Positions 50,940-61,804 of a DNA stretch of 64,000 nucleotides are shown one piece after another (the first letter of the stretch is position 1; each line of letters starts with the position of its first letter). Position numbers and translations under genes: made by a program. The notes below the pieces were generated by a model. That model worked only from the letters and a program-made list of their open reading frames with translations, made no database searches and was not told the origin of the DNA. Source of the DNA: an uncultured Sandaracinus sp. (lineage in GTDB: Bacteria; Myxococcota_A; Polyangia; Polyangiales; Houyiibacteriaceae); NCBI GenBank assembly GCA_964462035.1, contig CAYXAP010000026.1:4555-68554 (forward strand), read 5' to 3'.

Positions 50940-52099
50940 GCGGCTATCCCGAGGCAGCGTTCCTGGGCCTCCCCGCGGACGTGCTCACCCACGGCTGGGA
51001 GGCGACCGGTGCCGAAGCGGAGGCGCTCGAGGCGATCGAGCACGACGCGCCGAATCCCGGCGCCGCGCTCCGGCTGATGGTCACCCACCTGGGCAACCAG
51101 GGCGTCCTGAAGCTCGTCACCGACGCGGCCCTGGGCGGACGCTTCGAGCAGACGAGCTTTCGCGCGATCGCGCTCGGTCGCGAACGCCTCGGGCGGGTGT
51201 CCCCGCTCGCCGACCTCGCGCTCACCATGCAGGGCCTCGGGTCGTTCCCGATCACCATCGCCGCTCGGAAGTACGATCAGCCCAACGCCGCGGAGCTGCT
51301 CGCGCCGATCGTCCATGGCGACAAGGTCGCTGCCTTCGCGCTCACCGAGCCGGAAGCCGGCACCGACCTGAGCCGCATCGAGAGCACCGCGAGGCGCGAC
51401 GGTGACGGCTACGTCCTCGACGGCGAGAAGGTCTACATCTCGAACGCGCCCATCGCCGACCGCTTCACCTACTTCGCGCGCACCGGCGACGACGGCCGGC
51501 TCTCCGCGTTCGTGGTCGACGCGACCGACGAGGGCGTCGAGGCGGAGCCCATGGACGTGCTCGGCGGCCACCCGATCGGGCGCCTCCGGCTGAAGGGCGT
51601 GCGCGTCGCGGATGAGCGACGGCTCGGCCCCGAAGGCAAGGGCATGGCGCTCGCGCTCGGCACGCTCGGCTCCTTTCGCCCCACGGTCGGCGCCGCCGCC
51701 GTCGGCTTCGCCCAACGCGCGCTCGACGAAGCCATCGCCCACACGAAGTCACGCGAGCAATTCGGCGGACCGCTCGCCAAGCTCCCACAGGTCCAGGCGC
51801 GCATCGGCCGCATGGCCTGCGCCATCGACGGCGCGCGGCTCCTGGTCCAGCGCGCGGCCCATGCGATCGACGCCGGCGAGGACCGCGAGGCCGTGGCGTT
51901 CAAGGGCAGCATGGCGAAGTACGTCGCCACCGAAGCCGCGCAGCAGGTCGTCGACTCGGCGGTGCAGCTCCACGGCGGCCTCGGCGTCGAGGAGCGATCC
52001 GTCGTCGCGCGCCTCTACCAGGACGTCCGCTCGCTCCGGATCTACGAGGGCACCAACGACGTGCACGAGATCCTCATCGCGCGGGAGCTGCTCCGCTGA
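50936..52099 (+). CDS. Acyl-CoA dehydrogenase
   Basis: MQGLGS, FALTEPEAGTD, GEKVYISN, QLHGGLG, RIYEGTNDV. Confidence 0.94.
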   Translation: MSGYPEAAFLGLPADVLTHGWEATGAEAEALEAIEHDAPNPGAALRLMVTHLGNQGVLKLVTDAALGGRFEQTSFRAIALGRERLGRVSPLADLALTMQGLGSFPITIAARKYDQPNAAELLAPIVHGDKVAAFALTEPEAGTDLSRIESTARRDGDGYVLDGEKVYISNAPIADRFTYFARTGDDGRLSAFVVDATDEGVEAEPMDVLGGHPIGRLRLKGVRVADERRLGPEGKGMALALGTLGSFRPTVGAAAVGFAQRALDEAIAHTKSREQFGGPLAKLPQVQARIGRMACAIDGARLLVQRAAHAIDAGEDREAVAFKGSMAKYVATEAAQQVVDSAVQLHGGLGVEERSVVARLYQDVRSLRIYEGTNDVHEILIARELLR

Positions 52100-53238
52100 G
52101 CGACTGGATCGCGGCGCTCGGTGAGCGTGGGCGGCCCTTCGCGGCGGCGGCGCGCGCGTTCGTCCAGTGGCGGGGCGGACCGAGGGACGCACGCGGCACG
52201 AGCGCCGTCGCATGGCTCGCCGAGACGCTCGACGACTTCGCCCACGACGAAGACGCGCCGCCCGACGACGACGCCCGCTTCCTCGAGCAGGCGGGCGCGT
52301 ATCTGGGGCTCCTGCTCATCGATCACCTCGGCGGCGAGTGCTCGAGCCACGACCAGCAGCACCACGTGCACCTCGGGCCCGAGCCTGCGCCCGGCACCTT
52401 CGATCCCTTCGCAGCCATCGACACCGCGCTCGACGCCAACGACCCGCACGACGCGCTCGTCGAGTCGCTCCGCGAGGCGGAGGCCGAGGCCCGCGGCAAG
52501 GGTCCCTCGAGCCGCTGCGTCGTCGCCTTCCGCCAGGCGCTCGCCAGCGCGCGCCCCGACCGTCGCGTCGAGCGCCGCCACGGCCTCGACCTCGCCCTCG
52601 ACGACGGCACCGAGATCGACCTCGAGCGGCTCCGCGCCGCCGAGGACGCCCACGTCGCGGCCGCGCGGCTGGTGTCGCTGCTGCCTGGCGGCGCGGCGGT
52701 GCACCTCGAGTGGACCGAAGCCGAGAGCCGCCTGTACCCGCGCCTCGTCGGCGAAGCCTTCGTCGCCGAGCTCGGCGAGCGCGGCGACGCGCTGCAGCTG
52801 AGGCCTCTCGTCGGCGACATCCACGTCGCGCTCCAGCTCCGCTATCCCGGCCGCTCCCGCTTCATCCGCCGCGACGAGGTCGACCGCTGGCTCGATGGTG
52901 GCCACGACCCCGCCGGCGCCGCGCTCGCGAACCTCCGCGACGCGGCCGAGCGCCTCGACGTCCGGAGCGTCGACGACCACGTCTTCAAGCTGACCACCGG
53001 CGACGCCCTCGACGCCGCCCGCCTGCTCCTCCCCAAGCTCGCCGACGAGCTCGAGGGCCGCCTCGGCCGCCCCTTCCTCGCCGCGGTGCCGCACCGCGAC
53101 GTGCTCCTCCTCGCCAAGGACGACTTCGCCGCCGAGCGCGCCCTGGCGCGCCACGCCAAGGAGCTCCACGACCGCGCGCCCCACCCCATCGCCGCCCACC
53201 TGCTCCAAGTCGACGGCACCCGGATCACCGAAGGCTGA
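52096..53238 (+). CDS. DUF1444/YtpQ-like protein, probable CTG start
   Basis: C-terminal LDAARLLLP..FLAAVPHRDVLL..PHPI motif; frame stays open and protein-like back to CTG 52096 (CTGA overlap, GGGAG 8 nt upstream); ORF track starts at 52366. Confidence 0.75.
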   Translation: MSDWIAALGERGRPFAAAARAFVQWRGGPRDARGTSAVAWLAETLDDFAHDEDAPPDDDARFLEQAGAYLGLLLIDHLGGECSSHDQQHHVHLGPEPAPGTFDPFAAIDTALDANDPHDALVESLREAEAEARGKGPSSRCVVAFRQALASARPDRRVERRHGLDLALDDGTEIDLERLRAAEDAHVAAARLVSLLPGGAAVHLEWTEAESRLYPRLVGEAFVAELGERGDALQLRPLVGDIHVALQLRYPGRSRFIRRDEVDRWLDGGHDPAGAALANLRDAAERLDVRSVDDHVFKLTTGDALDAARLLLPKLADELEGRLGRPFLAAVPHRDVLLLAKDDFAAERALARHAKELHDRAPHPIAAHLLQVDGTRITEG

Positions 53239-53249
53239 CGCGACGCACC

Positions 53250-53344
53250 GAGCGGCTACGCCGCGAGCCCTTCAGGTTTTTGGGGGAACGAGGAGCGATT
53301 CACTCGCGACGAGTGGGGGGATTTTCTCAAAATCCCCCCAAGAA
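53250..53344. repeat. Hairpin cluster / REP-like element between convergent genes, possible bidirectional terminator
   Basis: gcggc-tac-gccgc and a perfect 12-bp stem tggggggatttt-ctc-aaaatcccccca (53314-53340). Confidence 0.6.
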
Positions 53345-53345
53345 C

Positions 53346-54464
53346 TCAGTCGTCTTCGGTCGGGCGGGGGCGGACGCCGCTGCGGACGCCGAAGTCGAAG
53401 TCGCTCGGGTCCAGCGGTGCTTCGCCGCCGAAGACGTCGCCCTGCGCCTGCTCGGCGAAGGCTGCGAGCTCTTGCTCGAGGAGCTCGGCCACCGCGAACG
53501 GGCGCTCTTCCTTCGGCTTCTCTCGCTGGGCCTGCGCCAGGTGCAGACCGACGAGGAGCGAGACGTCGCGGGAGCCGACCTCGCGGTCGATGGCCTGAAT
53601 CTGTTCGTCGAGGGCGTCGACCAGGGCGTGGCCGCTGCCGAAGCGGGAATCCGGGAAGGGAACGAGGAGCTTGTCGAGCACCGCCGCGACCCCGCGGGGG
53701 ACGCTGGGGTTCACCTTTCGGATGTCGGGGACCACGCAGCGGGCGACCAGGCGCACGGTCTCCTGGTCGTCTTTGCCACGGAAGAGGCGCCGGCCGGCGA
53801 GCATCTCCCAGAGCACGATGCCCGCGGCGAAGAGATCGATGCGGTGATCGGGATCGCTCCGTCGGATCACCTCTGGTGCCAGGTAGCCGATCTTCCCGCC
53901 GACCTGGTTCTCGTCCCGTTGATGGGCGTGGACCTCGGCGTCCGCCAACCCGAAGTCGGTCAGCTTCACCTCGCCCTTCCGGCCGAGGAGGATGTTGTGA
54001 GGTGATACGTCGCGGTGGATGATCCCGAGGTGGTTGCCCTGCCCGTCCACGGCCGTGTGGACGTACGCGAGCGCCTTGGCGAGCTCGCGCGTGATGTGCA
54101 GGGCCGCCGGGATCGGGAAGCATGCGTTGCGCTTGTGGGCGCGCTCGACCAGCCCCTTGAGCGAGTCACCGTCGACCAGCTCCATGACCATGATGTAGGT
54201 CTTGCCGACGTTCCGGGCGTCGTAGACGCGGACGATGTTCCGGTGGCGGAGCAACATCCCGAGGCGTGCTTCGTCCTCGAACATGGCGCGGAAGAGGTCG
54301 TCGCCGATCTGCGGCAGCACGCGCTTGATCGCGACCTGATGACTGGTGCCGTCTTCGAAGATGGCCTCCGCGCGCCACACCTCCGCCATCCCGCCGACCG
54401 CGATGCGGCTGATCGGGCGGTAGCGCGTCGGGGCGCGCCGCAGCTGCGAGGAGATGCGGGCCAT
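53346..54464 (-). CDS. Hanks-type Ser/Thr protein kinase (cytoplasmic)
   Basis: GGMAEVW, VAIKR, IIHRDVSPHN, DFGLA, GKIGYLAPE; start 54464, or TTG 54500 overlapping the upstream stop. Confidence 0.95.
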   Translation of the reverse strand: MARISSQLRRAPTRYRPISRIAVGGMAEVWRAEAIFEDGTSHQVAIKRVLPQIGDDLFRAMFEDEARLGMLLRHRNIVRVYDARNVGKTYIMVMELVDGDSLKGLVERAHKRNACFPIPAALHITRELAKALAYVHTAVDGQGNHLGIIHRDVSPHNILLGRKGEVKLTDFGLADAEVHAHQRDENQVGGKIGYLAPEVIRRSDPDHRIDLFAAGIVLWEMLAGRRLFRGKDDQETVRLVARCVVPDIRKVNPSVPRGVAAVLDKLLVPFPDSRFGSGHALVDALDEQIQAIDREVGSRDVSLLVGLHLAQAQREKPKEERPFAVAELLEQELAAFAEQAQGDVFGGEAPLDPSDFDFGVRSGVRPRPTEDD

Positions 54465-54496
54465 CGGGGGCAGCATCGGCCACCGATGGGGGTCGG

Positions 54497-56266
54497 TCAA
54501 TGGTCGGCGAGGAGCGAGCGCACGAGTGCGTCGCTCTCACGGCGCAACGAGAGCAGGCGTGCCGGACCGGTCACGATTCGGTGGCCGAGCTCCAGCTCGC
54601 TCTCTCCCTGCTCCTCGAACGCTGCCGCGAGCGCCTCGCCCAGCGGAACCAGGGTGTCGATGACGTCGGTCTCGACCGGCAACCGTGGGTAGTCCCGGCG
54701 GAGCGCGTCGCCGAAGCGCTCCTGGTAGCTCTCGGCCGAGAGCACCGCGAGCGCGAAGGCGGCGGCTCGATCGCGATCGCCGAAGGCCGCGGCGGCCACC
54801 TCGGAGAGGTTCGGCTCGCCCTCGGGCGTGCGCGCCGGAAACGCCCGGGTGCGGCAGCTCGAGCGCGACGAGAAGTAGCAGTTGTCGACCAGCTCTCGGG
54901 TAGCCGCCACGTGCCGCCACGGCTTCTCGCCCCGGTCCTTGCGCACCGAGAGCAGCGCCCAACCGCCGTGGTCCATCGCCCGAGCGAGCGCGGGGCGCGG
55001 CCGGTGGCAGAGGGGCCGCAGCGTCACGAACGCCCGGGTGTCGAAGGGGCGGTAGGCGAGCGCTCGGATCCAGCCGTTGCCGCCTGGGTCCTGCTCCAGC
55101 GCTGCACGCACCACCTCGCGGGCCGCTTCCGGATCGTAGTGGCTCTGGCCGCGCTCGATCTTCTCCAGATCCGGCCGACGCAGCGCGAGCGCGAACGCCT
55201 GCATCCGCCCCAGCAACGTCTCCCGGTCCGGCCCGACCACCACGTCGTCGCGATTGGTCTGTACGCCCTCGCGATGGAAGGGGAAGAGCTCCGGCAGCGA
55301 GAGCCACCCTTCGGGAAAGCCCTCGCCCGCGGGCACGAAGAAGACCATCGGCGCCTTCGGCTGCAGGGGCGCGTGATCGACCGCGTTCGACTCGAGGGCC
55401 CGGAGCTTGTCGTCCGCGCTTCCGCGCAGCCGCGCGTGGGACACGGTGGCCCGCGCCCCCCCACCGGCGTGGACCGCCACCGTCACCGCCACCGAAGGCC
55501 GAACGCCGAAGACGTTCTCGTCGCGCTCGCCATCGCGAGCCACGAGCGAGCTGCCGCCCAGGTCGGTCACCTCGATCGCTCGAAAGCGCGACCAGAGGAA
55601 GCCGCGAACGCCCCGATGGACCGGACCGTCCAGGTAGGAGCCGTTGGTGATCAGCGCGAGCGCGCCGCTCCCGGCCCGCAGGACCACCTCCGCCGACCAG
55701 CGGAGGAAGCGCACGTAGGCGTCCGAGAGCACGCCGATCTTCCGCTCCTCGAGCGCGCTCCCGTCGACCTCTCGGCGAAAGTCCTGGAGCAGCTCGTCGG
55801 TCAGGGCTCGCTCGCTCGCCCCCTTCGCCCAGCCACCGACCCAGGGAGGGTTCCCCACCACCAGCACCGGCCCGTCGATCGAAGGGATCGACGCCAGCGT
55901 GTCCGCCACTTGGAGCTCGGCGCCGTCCAGCACCCGGCGCGCAGCATCGATGGCACCCGGGTCCCGGTCGATGCCGATCAGCCGGCCGGTCGCCCCGAGA
56001 GCCCGCGCAGAGGCCAGGAAGGCCCCGGTGCCGACCGCGGGGTCGACGATCGTCAGCGCCGGGTCGGTCAGACCCACGAGCCCGTGCTCCCGGAGGGCCG
56101 CGTCGCCCCGGCGGAGGACGTAGCGGCAGATCGCCGCGGGAGTGTGGACGATGCCGTGCTGGTCACGAGCCGCGCGCTCGATTTCGCCATCACGAACGCT
56201 CGCCGCCGTCGCGGCGCGCGCCTCGAGGTCCTCGTTCTGGTCGGAATCGCGGTCCGCCGATGGCAT
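54497..56266 (-). CDS. Type ISP-like N6-adenine DNA methyltransferase + target recognition domain, without nuclease or helicase
   Basis: GIVHTP, DPAVGTGAFL, GNPPW, LSDAYVRFLRW, ITNGSYLDG, DENVFG, GVQTNRD, YRPFD; TATGGT-N6-ATG. Confidence 0.85.
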   Translation of the reverse strand: MPSADRDSDQNEDLEARAATAASVRDGEIERAARDQHGIVHTPAAICRYVLRRGDAALREHGLVGLTDPALTIVDPAVGTGAFLASARALGATGRLIGIDRDPGAIDAARRVLDGAELQVADTLASIPSIDGPVLVVGNPPWVGGWAKGASERALTDELLQDFRREVDGSALEERKIGVLSDAYVRFLRWSAEVVLRAGSGALALITNGSYLDGPVHRGVRGFLWSRFRAIEVTDLGGSSLVARDGERDENVFGVRPSVAVTVAVHAGGGARATVSHARLRGSADDKLRALESNAVDHAPLQPKAPMVFFVPAGEGFPEGWLSLPELFPFHREGVQTNRDDVVVGPDRETLLGRMQAFALALRRPDLEKIERGQSHYDPEAAREVVRAALEQDPGGNGWIRALAYRPFDTRAFVTLRPLCHRPRPALARAMDHGGWALLSVRKDRGEKPWRHVAATRELVDNCYFSSRSSCRTRAFPARTPEGEPNLSEVAAAAFGDRDRAAAFALAVLSAESYQERFGDALRRDYPRLPVETDVIDTLVPLGEALAAAFEEQGESELELGHRIVTGPARLLSLRRESDALVRSLLADH

Positions 56267-56502
56267 CGCTGGACCATAGGCCATCGGCTCGGGGCGTGCG
56301 CTCCGAGATTCCCCTCGCCGTTCGTGGAGGGTCCTCGCGAGGGGGAATTCGGGCGGGGGCTCCCCGGGCCCTCACTTTGAGCGGTCTCACGCCCGCGTGG
56401 GGGGCCACGCGTCTCGTGCTGGCGGGGGTGGGAGGCTGTGTGATATGCGCCCCCGAGCCGTGAGGGTGAACCACCAGCGCGGATCGGGAGGCTGTAAAGA
56501 CT

Positions 56503-57432
56503 ATGCGGAAGAACCTTGCTCGATTGATTGCTCTCGGCTTCTTGGCCGCGAGCGCCACGGCTGGCGCTCAGTGGGACCCGGAGAGCGGTGACACCGGACA
56601 GTGGCAGCCGCCGCCGGAGGAGCAGCCCCCGCCCCAGCAGCAGCAGCCCCCGCCTCAGCAGCAGCAGCAGCCCCCGCCCCAGGAGACCCCGTGGGGTGGC
56701 CAGCAGCAGCCCCCGCCCCAGCAGCAGCAGTCCAGCTGGGGTCAGCAGCCGGAAGAGCCGCCCCCCGCGACCACGGAGCCGGCCGGCGACACCGATCACT
56801 CGAAGGTCTCCTTCGGCGTGAGCTTCATCGGCTTCGAGCGCTTCGCCCTCGAGCCGGTCGACATGCTCATGAACCCGGACGACGGCCCCTTCCAGCTCGG
56901 CATCACCACCGTCGGCGTTCGTCTCTGGATCAGCGAGATGCTCGGCCTGGACATCGGTCTCGGCCTCGGCATCAAGACCGACAGCTACTCGAACGACAAC
57001 CCCGCGGGCCCCTCGGTCCAGACGGGCCGTGACGGCGCCTTCGGGCTTCGGGTCCACGTCGGCCTGCCGGTCGCCCTCCAGACCTACGAGCACTTCAACA
57101 TCCTCCTCATCCCCGAGGTCGGCTTCACCTACGCCAGCACCACGTTCATCGTGGACCCGACGGACGTGAGCGCGGCCTCGGACGTCGACGTCAGCGCGAT
57201 CGCGCTCGACGTGGGCATCAAGGTCGGTGGCGAGCTCCACTTCGGCTTCTGGGGCGTGCCCAACCTCTCGCTGCAGGCCACCATCGGCCTCGGCCTCCGC
57301 TACGCCTCGCGCACCGCGGAGAACTCGCTCGACTTCGCCGCCGGCGGCTTCGGCGTGACCAGCTCGGGCATCTCGCTGCAGACCCTCGGTCAGCAGCTCG
57401 GCTCCTCGGTTCGGATCAACTACTACTTCTGA
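56503..57432 (+). CDS. Outer-membrane beta-barrel protein with Gln/Pro-rich N-terminal linker
   Basis: Signal peptide, QQQPPP repeats, amphipathic strands, C-terminal INYYF. Confidence 0.8.
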   Translation: MRKNLARLIALGFLAASATAGAQWDPESGDTGQWQPPPEEQPPPQQQQPPPQQQQQPPPQETPWGGQQQPPPQQQQSSWGQQPEEPPPATTEPAGDTDHSKVSFGVSFIGFERFALEPVDMLMNPDDGPFQLGITTVGVRLWISEMLGLDIGLGLGIKTDSYSNDNPAGPSVQTGRDGAFGLRVHVGLPVALQTYEHFNILLIPEVGFTYASTTFIVDPTDVSAASDVDVSAIALDVGIKVGGELHFGFWGVPNLSLQATIGLGLRYASRTAENSLDFAAGGFGVTSSGISLQTLGQQLGSSVRINYYF

Positions 57433-57447
57433 GCCGCGCTCGAGCGT

Positions 57448-57490
57448 CGCGAAGCGCCGGACCCGCGTGCGGGCCCGGCGTTTTCGCGTT
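57448..57490 (+). terminator. Rho-independent terminator
   Basis: gcgccggacccgc-gt-gcgggcccggcg followed by ttttcgcgtt. Confidence 0.75.
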
Positions 57491-57550
57491 CTGAGCCAGA
57501 CCTCGCGCCCTTGACAGTGGCGCCTCTCCCACGAATGAAGAGGGATCACC

Positions 57551-60363
<2,813 letters not shown>

Positions 60364-60367
<4 letters not shown>

Positions 60368-60981
60368 GCCGCTTCGACCTGCTCAAGAGCTGGATCCGCG
60401 TCGGCGCCGACCGCGCGAAGGAAGGCATCGACGCCGTCCGGCCCGTCGGGGCGCTGCGCCGCGTGGTCGGCGAGCTCCGCAAGCAGCGGCTCGTGGTCCC
60501 CGAGAGCGTGCTGAGCAACGCCATCGCCCACGCGCCGGGCGTGCTCGCCGCGAACGCCACCGCTCGCCGCGGGCAGATCCAGTTCGACGCCCGCTTCGCC
60601 GATGGCGAGCTCGCGTGCGCGCTCGAGTTCTTCGGAACCCGCTTCGCGCCACGCGGCGCCAAGGAGATCACCTTTCGGGTCCACCCCGCCGGCAGCGCTC
60701 GCGACGGCCGCGTGCGCGACCTGACCGGCGCCATCGCGGGCGTGATCGCGCGGGGGCTCTGGCCGATGGCGATTCCGCCCGGCAAGCCGCTGCACGGCGC
60801 CATCGTCGACCGTGAGGGCGACGACCTGGTGCGGGTCGACCTGCGCAGTGTGCCCGCGGTACGCGATGCGCTCGGCAACGGCCCGATGGCGCTCGTCCTC
60901 GAGGCGATCGAGCTCAAGCGCATCGACACGGTGGACGGAGAGATGCTCCTCCACCTCAAGCTCCCGGGGCTGAACCTCTGA
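60364..60981 (+). CDS. Hypothetical protein
   Basis: GTGA overlap with the radical SAM gene; GC3 bias. Confidence 0.7.
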
Positions 60982-60985
60982 CCGA

Positions 60986-61804
60986 CTACCAGCCGCGCTG
61001 GGTGATGACCGGCGCCGGCTCGGGCCGCGGCAGCTTCCGCGGATAGACGTAGACCGGGAAGACGAACCCCGCGAGGAAGCCGACCGCCGCGCCGGCGATC
61101 ACGTCCGAGACGTAGTGGCGCTCGCTGACCATGCGCAGCGCACCGGTCAGGCTGGCGAGCACCAGCGACGCGACGCACTCGACCCTTCCGAGCGGACTCA
61201 GCCCTCGGAGTCGCTGGTGCGCACAGACGAGCGACGCACCGGTGAACGACGCGCTGGTGTGGCCGCTGATGAACCCGCGGTAGCGGCTATCGCTGTCGCA
61301 CTCCGGCGCGTAGTCGGGGTCGCCACGGCACCCCTCATCGTAGGGGCGCGCCCGCCGGAAACCGATCTTGGTGGCCACCACGACCAACGTCTGTGCCGAG
61401 AAAGCGAGCGCGTCGGTGGTCAGCAGCCGATAGGCGTCGCGGGAAGGGCTCGGGCCATCCCGCCAGAGGACCGCGTCGAGCACCGGCGCCGCGAAGAGCG
61501 AGTAGAGGAAGACGTCGCTCGCGAGGTCGGCCCGCTCTCGTCCCTCGTGGGTGTCGCGCACCCAGGGCCCGAAGGCCTCGTCGACGGGACCGACACGCGT
61601 CCAACCGGAGCCGTCGACGTCGACGGCGGCCTCGATCGTCAGAGCCATCCCGAAGAGCGGCACCGAGAGCGCCCACGGCCACCAGTCGAGTTCGTCGTCG
61701 TCGCTCTCGAGCAGCGGCTCCCGCTCGGCCGGCTGCGCGGACGCCAGCGAGCCGCCGCAGAGCAGGCAGACCAGGGCGGTCCGCGCAATCAATCCGCGCG
61801 CCAT
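60986..61804 (-). CDS. PAP2 family phosphatase
   Basis: KxxxxRxRP (KIGFRRARP), FISGH, RMVSERHYVSDV. Confidence 0.9.
   Translation of the reverse strand: MARGLIARTALVCLLCGGSLASAQPAEREPLLESDDDELDWWPWALSVPLFGMALTIEAAVDVDGSGWTRVGPVDEAFGPWVRDTHEGRERADLASDVFLYSLFAAPVLDAVLWRDGPSPSRDAYRLLTTDALAFSAQTLVVVATKIGFRRARPYDEGCRGDPDYAPECDSDSRYRGFISGHTSASFTGASLVCAHQRLRGLSPLGRVECVASLVLASLTGALRMVSERHYVSDVIAGAAVGFLAGFVFPVYVYPRKLPRPEPAPVITQRGW

Noticed and set aside
54497..56266. Complete restriction-modification system
   Set aside because: No nuclease or helicase motifs in this ORF or its neighbours
57511..57540. Perfect TTGACA upstream of the radical SAM gene
   Set aside because: No acceptable -10 hexamer at 16-18 nt spacing, so no promoter call
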